Source: Anthoceros angustus (lineage: Eukaryota; Plantae; Anthocerotophyta). From it: a DNA stretch of 64,000 nucleotides. The translations under genes and the position numbers were made by a program. The stretch lies in the NCBI GenBank assembly GCA_010909165.1, contig MU008161.1, positions 186,001 to 250,000 on the forward strand. The letters are read 5' to 3'. Below the pieces are notes generated by a model. The model worked only from the letters and a program-made list of their open reading frames with translations, did not search any database and was not told where the DNA came from. Within the stretch, counting starts at the first letter, position 1, and the number at the start of each line of letters is the position of its first letter. Positions 35,118 to 49,879 of the stretch are shown here, piece after piece.

Positions 35118-35797
35118 ATGTATTTTGAACTTGTGCACAAAGGGCTGATCGACAATGAGCTTCCTCGTTGCTCCAGATGGTTCTCTGCTCGGTTGAAGGA
35201 TGTGCTTACGGTGCAGAGGGCGGTTAGGCGGCAGTGGGATCGGCTTGCGGTTGAATTTGTTAAGGAGTTGGAGGCGCTGTTGAAAAAGTCCTCATTTCCT
35301 GTCCAGGAGGCTTTCCAACTTGCTGAGCCTTTGCTGTCGGGTGACAATCAGTGCTTTCTAACCTCTCTATAGCTTATGGACTTCAAGACTTTCCTCTGGT
35401 CTTTTATGGAATGTGGTATGGTGTCGACTGTCCTTCTGGACCCGTGTTCACTGATTTGTTTTTGGAGCTGCAATATTGGTTGATGCAGGCGTTGGACTGC
35501 TCCAATGAAACTGTTGGTATCTCTTCTTCTGTGGCTGCTACGAGTTCGGTGGGTAGTGGTCAGCCTCTGTCTAGTCAGCACCCTTTGGGGTGCCGTCGGA
35601 AGAGGAGGATTATTCTTTCTCGCTTCCTCCTGCCCCACATCCCTTACCGCAAAATCATGAGGGGGTGTTGGGGGTTTTTTGGTCGACATGAAAGCCTCCT
35701 CCCAAGACCCCTCCTCCGTCTAAGGATGCCTGTGAGCCCTGGTCTGCAGGTATTACTCGGTGGTACGTGCTCCTTGACTGTAGGACGCACCTTTTGA
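35118..35797 (+). other. Unidentified overlapping ORF pair joined by one frameshift, probably repeat-derived
   Basis: ORFs 35118..35372 and 35351..35797 overlap by 22 nt and look protein-like (ARLKDVLTVQRAVRRQWDRL; FTDLFLELQYWL). Confidence 0.3.
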
Positions 35798-36219
35798 TGC
35801 CTCATAAACAGCTGGATGCAGGTGTGGAGGAATTCATGGGGGATTCGTTCAGACTCGATGGACACTTTCGGGTGATGGAACAGGCTGAATGTGTGAGCAC
35901 TTTGATCGTCGTCGTGGAGTATCATTTTAATATCTTCCTATCTCGTCTGTCCTGTTCGCTTTCTCGTCCGAACATTGTTGTAATACCTTCCTCTATAGAG
36001 CCCGTATCGATAGGAATGGGTTGTAGCGAATGACAACTTGCACGACATCACTCCCCTGCTTGGGAGAGACGCCAACAGCTACTGGTAGATTATTTCCGAG
36101 TCCAGCTCCGACGAAAGTGCACCAGGTTGAAATATAACAGCCTTTCCGAATAGGATTCGTGCCGTCCGGGCTCCAGGATTTGGACATCCATGCAGCCACG
36201 CCCATACCAGCAGATCGAT

Positions 36220-39200
36220 TTAAAGCTTCGAACGGGCTAGCTCCAATTTTGCAATCGTCCCTAGATGAACTTCGTCAGGCCCATCAGCAATTCGTAGTGA
36301 CCTCGCCGAAGCCCATAAATGGGCCAACACGAAGTCTGAGCTAACGCCTCCGGCTCCATGGACTTGTATGGCTTGATCTAGCACATGCAGCGCCATCCTG
36401 GGAGCTGCAACCTTTTGCACGCCAATTGCGATGCGGATCTCAGAACTCTGAGAAACCTCCACGGCTAATCAAACTAATGCGTATGGACCACTCTAATAGC
36501 TGCAGGAAGCTGCGAGCATCCCAATAATGCACGATAAACATCAGGTCCAGAGTCAAATACCTTTGCCATGGCTATGGCACCTCTTGCAACTTTGAACCCA
36601 TGCTGATCCAGTTGGCTCGAAGCATGTAGCACCAGAAGTCTGGTTTGTTCAACATCGATGCGGCACTGAAACACATCAGACGTCAGTGGCTTGCGCCCTT
36701 CTGGCAATGCTTGGACAATGTACAGATACACTGGAGAAACGTGCCAGCTACAAAGACAAGTACGTGTACGAAAAGATTTATTACGACCATCCTACCTGGG
36801 CAAGTTCGGCAGCAAACGCTCCATGATTGGCAAGGGGTTTGCCAAATGCTTTCCTGCTTGTGGCCCTTTTAACCATCAATTCCAAACCGCGCTCCCCAGC
36901 ACCTATAAGTCGCATACAATGGTGCAGACGTCCTGGGCCAAGTCTCCCCTGCAATTGATAAGCAGATCAGATGACTACTTGCAGCTGCAGTATCTCAAGT
37001 ATATCCATCGGAAAGATGCTATCCACTTACTTGTGCAATCTCGAAACCCCGACCTTCTCCCAGAAGCAGATTTGCGACGGGAACTCGAACATTCTCAAAT
37101 AGGACCTCAGCATGCCCATGTGGGGCGTCATCGAATCCATACACTGTCAAAGGCCGAATGATTTTCACACCAGGGGCATCAACTGGCACCAATATCATGG
37201 ACTGTTGTTTATGCGCTGGGAGTGAGGAGTCGGTCTTCCCCTGGATTTGCGCAGGACAGCGAGTTCCAGCATGATAAAAGTTAAGGACTTGACGTTATGA
37301 CAGACGTACAATGTGGATACCTCTCTAGGTAATGGGTACAAACCACGCACTCAAAATCTGAGCAGAACTCGTCAAATAACAACACAAACCAGGCACTCCT
37401 ACTCTTCAATACCAGCGAGCCAATTTTGGATCATTGAACACTGGAGACGGAAACATACCATCACAATGAGCAACTTGCATCTCGGATCCATTGCACCACT
37501 TGTCCACCATTTTCTGCCGTTGATGACATAGTGCTCACCATCCCTGTTATATCTTTGTCAGCATTCAGATTACTAACTTCAAACACAACCACAGGATTGG
37601 AGGGCCGTTAGCATACCGCCTGATGGAGGATTCGATGTTGGTTGCATCAGACGAAGCTACTTGTGGTTCTGTCATGGCGAAGCCTGAACGGATCTCTCCC
37701 TCTAGAAGTGGCTTCAACCATACTGCTTGATGAGTGTCATTTCCATACCGTAACAGCACCTGCACAGTGTAAAGAATCAAGCTGATGTTCTAAAATCACT
37801 TTCATCAGCCTTCCAGCTGTCCCCCTAGTCCAATTTTTGTACCTCCATGTTGCCTGTATCAGGAGCTCCACAATTAAACATCTGGGGAGCCCAGAGCGAA
37901 CGGCCCATAATCTCACAGAGGTGTGCATACTCCAGATTTGTCAGCCCGGCACCAATCAGTCTGTCTTCGGTGTTACTCCTCGAAGCTGCTCTGTTCCCAA
38001 AGATGACTTTCGATGCAAGAGCAGCACTGTCAGCCTGTGAAACTCCAACACCAAACCTGCCATTAAGTCCATGCTGCAATTCTGGAATGGGAAGAAAGTC
38101 AAGAAAGTTCCCACACAGATTTTGAACAGGAACCACACAGAAAGTCCACACAAATGTTCTGAACAGGAACCACAGCTGTGCAGACTGGTACACACAGGGA
38201 TCCACAAGTTCCAGAGGCCTTGTGCCTTCGCCTCTCGCTTGATCTCTTCCTCCAGTGGATGAATCGTCCAGCGGTTTTCCGAGTTCGCAAAGTTTTGAAG
38301 AGTCATCTCATGGGGATAGATGTGCTCCTGCATAAAGACTTCTAGCCTTTTCCTCAGCTCCCGTACTTCTGGAGATAGTGAAAACAGTGGGGGCACAAGC
38401 TCTTCTCTGCATTTCGGCTGAATGCCATAATGTGCAGATACTGAAAAGGACAACAAGAGAGAAATGAGATACATCTTGTTCCCAACACTCCACAGGCAAT
38501 TTTGTTTCCAGTCCACGCAAAATACTACTTTCCACAGAGCTGGCATTCCGTGAATTTCTCAGTAACAGTTTCTGCCATGCTGTTGTTGATGCAAGAATCA
38601 AAAAATAAACACATGGCTTTATTCTACGAGCAGTTTACCAGAAGGGGCAGGCGGCTTGTCAGGGAGCATGACACCCCTCTCCACAAGTTGCAATGCAGTC
38701 ACAGTCAAATTTCGGGAGAGGGCACCAAATGACTTTGATCGCTCTCCTCCAGAAGCATTCCCCTGGTGTTGCAAGGATACATGTCACTTGATGCTCATTT
38801 AACATAACTGCTAATCACAACACCAACCACTAACAATTAGAGAAAACCGCTCACCTGGACAGATCGTTGATAGACTCCAGCACTGATAGCAGCCATTCGA
38901 AACAGTGAGAAAGCGATGTAGTATGTCCAAGTATCCTTTGGCCATGGCTTCTGCTGCAGCACTTCAACAATAGCACTTCACCAATCTGCTTGCCAAATGA
39001 GAACTTCCATGTTCTGCTGTTTCCCAGATCACCCACAAAAATAAAGCAAGGCACAAGCCATACGCGCCAGGGAAATTTTATTAGAGAAAGACTACACACA
39101 TAGAGGGGGAAAAAAAGGACTCACAGCAGTGGCACAATACGTAGCAAGATATTCAGCTTGAGAAGGAACGCCATCTGGCACCACATTATTGGCAAAAGCA

Positions 39201-40941
39201 TATCTTGTGTCGCCTACATTGGAGTCAGTCAAAACATATGGCTGCAATCCCCACCACACAAAAACTTGTTACATGTACTCCAAGCGACGGCCAACCCAAG
39301 ATAAGTACACTTAATGACAAAAAACTAATGGGGTAGAGAATGGGGTAACGGACACACCATGCAGTTATAAGCAACATCAGACATCTGGTTCCCCAGCGTA
39401 GATAACTCCCAATCTAACACCGCAATGACTTTTGCCTGCAAAATTACCACAATAACAGACCTGAGAGAGAAGAAAACACTTCACCAAGTTAACACAGCAC
39501 CAGCATGGCAGTACTTGTTTTGCAGTGGGATCAAGTGAAGCACATAGCTTCAGGTTCTAGACACTTAGATTTGATACTTATTATTCCTACTGATCAATGC
39601 AAAAATGTCCTAAGAAACATTGCAAAAACCTTGCAAGGATTACACTGTGGCAACCTCTGTTGGATGAAATATAAGATTATCGAGTCTATAATCTCCATGT
39701 ACAAGCCCTACTACACTTGTAGAGAGGGCATCTTCTTTGGGAATATGCTGCTTCAACCACTCAATAAGGCGAAGCATTTCGGGATCTGCAACTTGATTAC
39801 TCTGACTTGCAGAAGCAGCATACTGCGCTGCCCATCTAAGGACCTGTGTCAAGCATAAGAGCGATAATCAGAAGCAAGTGAGAAGAAACAACAATGCAAA
39901 AGGGCCCTTGAACAAAAGATTGCTGCAAGGAATTGTTAGAAGTCGACATTACTTGCCGCCGGCAATAATGGTCACGCCGTCCATAATTTCCCAATCCGAT
40001 TTCATCAACATTAACTTCATGCAGAGCGGCCAACGTCTGCACCATGGCACAGTAGACGGACTTCCGCTCTTCCCTGTTTAAATTCTGCATACGATCACAT
40101 GGAAGATGTGACAAAGATTCCAAGAGAAAGCCGGATGGCAAGAGGGTCATCATTGAGTACAGGATTCAAGCAGAAATCTGGACCCTTCTTGACCCTGACT
40201 TGAAGAGAATGATACCGTTCACAACCGCTACAAACCTGAGCAAATTGAGAGCATAGGACACAAGGCTTATCGGCTAAGCACTGACGTTCCTTACAAGACC
40301 AGCAAACTTACAGAAAGACTCAGATCGGTGAAGATGCGCCCCTCCACATACTCCATGACATAAAAGGGTGTGCCAATCACATTCGGGTCAGTGCACAGAC
40401 AGTAGACTTTTGGGACTGGGACATTGCTCACTTTTCCAAGTGCACAGAGAACCTGCAGAGGAGAAAGTAAGGTTCATGTCAACTGAAAACATCAGAAACA
40501 GCTGAGCATTTCCAACTCATTGATATTTCCTACCATATCCTGCTAACAGTAGCACCTGATACTCCCTTTCAACAGCATGAGCTGATTGAAGCAATTTCCC
40601 CGGAGGTTTCTTCCGCAGAACATATCTGTCAGAAGTCTTTTCCGTCCTCAACTCCAACATGTACGTTGGGTTTGACTGCCCGTGACCAAACTGCAGGCCT
40701 CGCTCAAAGGTTGAAGCATCAGGTAACAAGAGAAAGGCATAGACAAAGATGCTAGCAATTGTAAATTTTTCATGCGACGTAATGGCAATCCATGTCCAAA
40801 AGGCACCTGATAGACATGCAGCGTGGCAGGAGTCTGGGGGAAGCCTGGGATGGTTGTCCGGAGATAACGCAGCAGCGCTACCTCGTCCAAGCGGTGGCCA
40901 GGGGTCACGGGTTTCAGCAAGTCGGATATGAAGGCGGTCAT
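36220..40941 (-). CDS. IBR3: Peroxisomal acyl-CoA dehydrogenase with N-terminal phosphotransferase-like domain (IBR3/ACAD10-11 type); many exons
   Basis: [89 protein letters not shown]...IADGPDEVH, and a C-terminal SKL PTS1. Confidence 0.95.
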
Positions 40942-41893
40942 TGTTCCTGAAGCACCAATCCCACCCCGGACAGCGCCGTGCAGTTCACAAGGACTTGATT
41001 CCCAAAAGCCCTTGGCCACCAGGAACCCGGACACAGCACGCCGAAACAAGGCTCATCAAATGTACCAAAACGATGCACCTGGAGCAGCTTCCAGGATCTC
41101 TCTGCAAGCTGCCAGCATCTAGCGTTCGCCTTTCACTGAGAGTCCAAAGCTGAGGCTTTAGGCTCGGCTCGGCTCCGCCCCGCACGGTTTGGAGCTCGGC
41201 TCGGCGGAGATAAATATGTAGATGCGGTGGACACACCAAGATCAAGGCGCTAATTTTTGACCCGCCCTGGCACCTGCTAAGGTATAATCTTTGATTTAGA
41301 CTTCAAAGCCCACCACGTGTCGGCACTCATCAGGCTATGGATACGAAGATTCCGTATTTTCTATTAACTCGTTCGTTGTCTACATCGTACAGAACGTTGT
41401 CGAGTTTTTGACGCGAATGTTTCACCTGCTGTAGGAGGCATTCCCTGAGGTTTCTATACACACTCAGGCCCCTTTCAGTGTTGTCCACAAGATAGTAGAC
41501 TACGTAGTCTACGTAGACTAAAACTGGACCAGAAGAAACTCAGCATGAAGCAAACCTCCCCCTCCTTCTCCGTAATTTACTTCAGGGAAAGCCTCGTACA
41601 ACATGTGAAAATGGTGGACTTTGATTGCCTCTGCTATAAGCGAGCTGTCCTACAAGTGAACTTGGCTTAGCGAAGTCGGAGGAAAGTTTAGTACTAGAGA
41701 AGGTAAGTTGATCATGACCTCAGCTCCGGGGTGTAGTACAGTATCAAAATTACTTGACATCGCTGATCCAAGTAGTCCACGCTGACAGGTGCGAGGAGAG
41801 TCGCAGTTATGCTTGACTTGCAGAATGTTATGTGCAAGTGACCTCAATCTTGCTGTCTGCCTAAGTAGTCTCGACGTATCCAACTTGCAAGCT

Positions 41894-43795
41894 TCAGACC
41901 AGTTTGGAGTCTGCATCTGCAGGAGGCTTCTTCATCGAACCATTCAAAGGTCGAGAGACTGATCTTAGACCCCGCTCTTTGAGATGATTATCAACAAGAG
42001 TCTGGAGTTCTACCAGCTCAATGACGTGCTTGTGGGCAGCTGTGACGATACTCTCCAAAGTAAGAATTGGAAATGGTTCCTCTATTACCACCCCAACCTG
42101 CAAAAGGCATGCCCACCCGCTTAGACCTGGTTGCTCCTTGCAATTTGTGAAACACTGGGCCAAACGAGTGTAACCTTACAAGAACAAGGTACTACCCAAC
42201 ATATTTGGATACCTCTTCGATGCAGAACAGGGTTGCTGCACTGAAAATTGTTGCAGGAATCACAAGCCATTGGCAGTCATCCCACAACACGATGGGTAAT
42301 GCCAAGTGCCATAGGACAAGAAATCTCGATGTTAATCGTGTATAAGACAGTGGAATAGGTGTTCGCATAATGCGCTCGCAGACACTGATGCTCTCGTTGA
42401 ACTGAACAAGATGTGCATGCTGAAAGGAGGGAAAGTCTTAGTAACCCTGTAAAAAGACTTCGTCCACATGAAGGTTTCCGTTGCAAAGAGCTGCCATGAC
42501 AACAAACGGATCACAGGTATACTATGCTCCTGCTGAGAAATACACATTTGTCAAGTTCAGTTTTCTCACCAACGCAGTCTATGGCACAACAAACATCCTC
42601 CTCATTGTCTTAAGAGAGCTCCCAAGCAATGAAATCGTACCAGGTGTCCCATCTCTGTGTCGTTCAGCTGCACGCGTCTCAGCAACTGGGTCATAAACTG
42701 AAGGATGCAGTTGGGTCGATGCTTGGAACTTGCTATAACTGCCAATTCCTTTTCATCCACGAGGTTCCTTAAACTGTCCTCTATTTGTATGTCAGCTGAA
42801 TAAAGCAAGTGACACTGCAAAAAGCCAGGCAAAACATGAGACTCTGCACAGAGAAAACACGAGGCAAGACATAAGACTCTGCGGCAAGAGATTATTCTGC
42901 CAATAGATCAAACGCGTAACAAACTCAGTATTAATTTACACGGAGTGCAGAAGCTGAAAATGCAGCAAGCTACGCAGTAAGGAAAATGGGCCCTTACCCT
43001 GAGAGCAGCCGGGAATGCCATACAGTAACGAAGGAAAGCAGCCTTCAACTGAGGTTCCTGAATCCAAGCTTGTGATTGGCGGGCTAGATCCTTTGTGCTG
43101 CTTATGACTTTAGTCCAAGTCTTTCTGGCCTCGTCATAGCGGGAATAGGAGGCCTCAGTGCGGAACACCAGCAACAAGGCTAGGGCCGGGGCAGTAAGCT
43201 CAAAAGGCAAACTGGGAGCATGAAGAAGCGGGGCATATGTTGGTAGCCAGCCATCCACCACAGCGTAATTGTACACCGCAACTACTGAGGAAATGAAAGC
43301 GAAGGTTGTGACTGGCGGGGCCAAGGCTCTGATAACTCGCGAGTTCCTGCTGTTCACCAGGTGCCGCCAGTGCCGCTCGGAGCTGCGATGCTTCACCCAG
43401 TCGTCTGGATAAAAATATGCACGCCCGCTGAACATCTTCTCTGCAAACTGCTTGTCTGCAAAGTGCACAAGCCATCGTATAGGATTCCAGAAAAAAGGGG
43501 GAGCTTGGCCTGCAGCTTCCTGCAGCTCTGGCCTGGAATTGCCACCATTTCCGGTTCCCAATGCTTGATTCTTATCACTGATTCCGCACTTGACGCAAAG
43601 AGTGTATGGTTTCCGACCACTCGTATTGCTCGCTGTTCCTTGTTGCCAGACTACAATGTGGCTTCCGTGACGACAGTTGCTACGCAGGGAACGATCAGCA
43701 TGCACCTGGATATGCAGTTTCTGTCCGCGGGGATCCCAATCCCGGAATTGCGCTTCAGCTAGGGCTCCGGAGATTTCGAGGCTGGAAACAGCCAT
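41894..43795 (-). CDS. VCCN: Bestrophin-like (UPF0187) thylakoid anion channel; spliced
   Basis: DWVKHRSSERHWRH, LTAPALALLLVFRTEASYSRYDEARKTW, CERIMRTPIPLSYTRLTSRFL, GVVIEEPFPIL. The N-terminus is transit-peptide-like from MAVSSL (43795). Confidence 0.9.
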
Positions 43796-44491
43796 GCGCT
43801 TGTTGTACATCGGAGCAGCAAGAAGGAGAATTGGAGAATGCCTAGCGTCTGCAACGTAAAGCATTTACAGAGCTCAGCAGTCTGCATTGGGGCAAGATGG
43901 CCCCTAGGGCGCCAGACGGCATGGCCATTCAGCGGAACCACTTGCTAGATAGTGACTTCAACGCCTCTGTCCTGGCTCGGAGCCCGTGAAGGATACGGGA
44001 CTGCAGTCTGTGGAACAGCCGTCCCTGTGACATCGATGAACTCACAAATTCTGTTGGACGTGGATGCAATGCTTATCACGTCGCCGTACCCAACCCATCA
44101 TACATGTTGATGCCGAATCAATATGGTTCGGCCACTTGGGTAAATTATCCAATGGTGCTTCACTGTAGGTGCGTGCTGACGCAGGACTCTCTGATTTCAC
44201 TCTCGATGTACCTTTCTGCCACTCTACTTAAGTCCCAGCGTTAAATCCACTTTGAGACGATCTAATAAGATGATTCCCTTGATACTGGGCACTGGCACTG
44301 AGGTGACACAGGACACAACAAACAACCATTCCCAGCCCGGGATTTCCTACAGAATGATTCCAGCTTGGGGAATCATTCCGGACGTTTTGTCCATAACATG
44401 TACTGAATCGTGTCACTTCGTACGGTCTTTCTAAAAGAGACTATGAATATCATATATTTATGACAAAAATTTTGAACCTCGTGAGCTGTGA

Positions 44492-46593
<2,102 letters not shown>

Positions 46594-47024
46594 CTAAAAT
46601 GCTGGTCAGTGTAGGGTTCTAGGCACAGCATGAAAGCCCAGAGAATAATGGCAAATGAAATGGGGAATCTGAAATCGAGCGAAAAAGCTTGGGTCCTGAT
46701 TCCTGACCGCTTCAGGTAGACTGTCATAGCAATCCTTTCAGGCACTGTCTTGGGCGACGCCATAGCAAATGAATCTGCACCGCGGGGCCATTATGTTCGA
46801 AATGTTTCAGACTATGGACATCGTTGTCCTATAGCGATGAGGCCAGCTGACAATCTCAGCCTCCTGCTGATTGCTTCAGCCTCTGCCCTGTTGTGAGGTA
46901 TGGTTTTTGGATTCGGCAGTTGCTGACGTTGTTGTACAGGTCGAGGTATTAACCCGCTGGGTTCTACGAGCACCGAAACTCATTGTATTGTGGTTGCAGA
47001 CTGGAATTTCACAAGGGAAGCAGG

Positions 47025-48717
47025 ATGAGGCTCTTGTGCTGTGTGGTGCTGCTTGTCGTCGCCTTGCAGTGGCGCCTCTGTGCTGCTTATGCTGGCACCC
47101 TGGTGAGCTCAGGCATGAATCCCTTTCCATGCAGCGCTGGTTATGGTTGGATCCTGGTTTGAGATGGTGTTGGTGTTCTGATTTTTGCAGATCAGGAAGC
47201 CAGAGCCCGAGGAGAGGTATTTACCAGAACATGAGATGCAGCGCTAGCTGCTGACCTAGATTTCAGTAATTGGTCTGTAAGCATGACAACCTTGTTGCAA
47301 TTCTGAAATTGGTTAACGGCCAGGAAAGAACAGGAGGGTTCGGCACAAAGCAAGCAGGTGCACTGCTCCCGGCCTAGGAGCAGGTTAGCATGGTCCATAA
47401 TTGACGAGGTTTGTCGGACCAGAAGGCCTGTTGTTGAAACCCTTGAATGTTCACTGTATGGCACTGGGGCCAAGCTTTTTTTTTCTGAATGAGTCCGATT
47501 GATGCTACTGCTGACCGTTCTTTTCTATGTTGAGTCGTGTGCAGTATCTGTTACCTTTTGTGGATAATGAGCAGTACAACCTGTCTTCGAAATGCAAATT
47601 GTCAAGAGCAAACGATATGTTCCGGGAACAGGAGGAGAAGAAGGAGGAGGTGCGGCCTAGACAATGGGAGTGTGGTGTTTGCAAGAAGGTTTTCCGAACT
47701 GAAGAGGACTTGGACAGGCACTTTGACAATCGACATGCGAATATGACTGGGGAGGTATGGCTCTAGGTTTAAAGGAATTCAAATCTTTGTGATACTTGAT
47801 TCTGCCAGCGTCGTATGATACCTACAATTCTGTGTTGCCACAGGATCGGAATCGATGTCTGGCAAATGTATGTCCTGCAATCCATTGCGATGCCGTGCAA
47901 GCTACACGCAAGTCAAAAAGGGACAAAGGAAAGTGCAACCAGGCTGCTGTGGACAGAAACCGCCACCTCTGCGAGGTGAGGACAGTTTGGTACTACTGTG
48001 AGATAAGCTCTCAGTGATTATGAAGTTTCTAACTCCTGTTGAGATAGGCACAGGACTACCTCCTGCCAGTTGCAGCAGTTTGCCTGTTGGATTCCTGTCA
48101 TTGTATAGCCTGGTATCTGACTTCAATCAGCAGGCTTTGGCAGATGCATGCTTTCCACCACATGAGAGCTCACAGGCACGTCGGTTAAATGGTACGAGCT
48201 CTTGCCAAGGCACCTCCTTGCTTTTACGAGAAAAGTGCTCACTACCTTGTTCGTGAGCAGACTTCTTCCTGCGCCAATTCTGTGATGCACACACTTGCAA
48301 GAAGGGCCAACGACATTTTCCACGAGGGAGTGGGGTAAACTTTGACCCACTTGCCCTCCTTTCGCTGCATCTGGGAGCTTGCTTCATTTTGTTCCAGATG
48401 CTTAAGCTTTACTTGAGATCGTGCCCAGTACGTTCGTGCATGTCACACTTGGCCTATGTCTTGCAGAAGCAACATGGCAGGTCTCTTTATATCGCAGCAT
48501 CCCTGTTCTCAATTATCATGCTGCTGATCTTCTATGGCGGTGTGTTTGCTTCGAGGAGGTGAGCTTCTGCTGTCTGGGTTTGTGGATTTTTGTCTCTTTC
48601 GACTTCCTTGCAAGTTATGTACTGATAGCCTGTCGTTAAATGTTCTCGGTGACTGGCAGTGGTCGCTCGAACTCGGCCAAGTTGAAGCGTGTCCAGAAGT
48701 CTCAAAAGTCGCATTAG
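47025..48717 (+). CDS. Conserved plant C2H2 zinc-finger protein with signal peptide and C-terminal TM helix; spliced
   Basis: MRLLCCVVLLVVALQW signal, HCSRPRSRLAWSIIDE|YLLPFV, WECGVCKKVFRTEEDLDRHFDNRH, CLANVCPAIHCD, FLRQFCDAHTC, TM SLYIAASLFSIIMLLIFY. Confidence 0.85.
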
Positions 48718-49128
48718 ACACGATCCGAGGAACACACTCTTGTTAGCGCCTATTGTAGAGCCTTATCGAACCTTCTTGTACGTAAATGTCTAGTTATGTT
48801 AAACTGTTGTAGGTATACTTTGAAATAAATATCTATATAAAGTCTCCGAATTCTGTAAAAAAAAACTGTTGTAGGTATTCTTTTCTCAATATGTACCTAA
48901 GGTAAGATTGGAAACCTTGATCATGCTTCTACTACCTACTTACTGTAAGGTGTGTGTTTTAATTCAAATAAATTTTGAAATGATAATATTGAAACAAGCA
49001 TCCCACTACCTTCCCATGGGTCCAAGACGGAAATGACGCCTTGGTGGACAATAATAAAGTTCTTTTCTTCTTTTACAGAGTAAGTATGTGATCTGTTAGG
49101 GGAATCATTTGAGAAGGTGTCCAGTATA

Positions 49129-49416
49129 AGAATTTGAACGGGTGCTTAGGAACTGTGGAATCCCACACGCTTGACCGAGGATAAGGATTGCGAGGACCTC
49201 AGGAAATATGTCCCTTGGGTACTTCAGAATTTGAGCGGGTGCTTAGGAAGTGTGGAATCCCACATGCTTGACCGAGGATAAGGATTCCGAGGACCTCAGG
49301 AAATATGTCCCTTGGGTGCTTCAGAATTTGAGCGGGTGCTTAGGAAGTGTGGAATCCCACAGGCTTGACTGAGGACAAGGATTGTGAGGACCTCAGGAAA
49401 TGTCCCTTGGGTACTT
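49129..49416. repeat. 97-bp tandem repeat, 3 copies
   Basis: agaatttga(a/g)cgggtgcttagg starts at 49129, 49226 and 49323; the copies are near-identical. Confidence 0.92.
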
Positions 49417-49879
49417 TGAAGTTGAATCTGGATCACCGTGCCATCCCAAGTATAAAAGAAGGCCGGAGCTTGATGAATAGAATACGGCTGTGCAGGAGCT
49501 CTGCCCCGGGAGTTGTTTTCTGGTCACAGGACACTGTGCAAAGCTACAGTCTAGTTTGGAATGCCTGCCGACTCACGAAGGAAAATCATGAATCATCAGC
49601 CCATGGTTAGAACAGTGCAGGACAAGCAATATCAAAAATCCTTTTAACTTTCAAAGTCCTTCAGCGTGTTTTTAAGCGAGAAACCTCAATAAAAAGAGGC
49701 CCAGAGAAGCTTCTACCACTCAACTTCCTTCCTCTTTCTTCCCTCCTCTTCTAAGTCCACGTAAGTTACACTTGTAACACTCAAGCTGGATAGGCTTCTA
49801 GCATTCAAGCCTGGATGGGCGTCATGTAGCTTCTCTCGCAAAAGAGACATGGTTTAGCTGAAGTCGGCCCTGCCTGCTC

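Noticed and set aside
49129-49416. 97-bp repeats (and the 29-bp array at 25551) as CRISPR arrays
   Set aside because: The units are contiguous with no unique spacers, no cas genes are present, and the context is eukaryotic.
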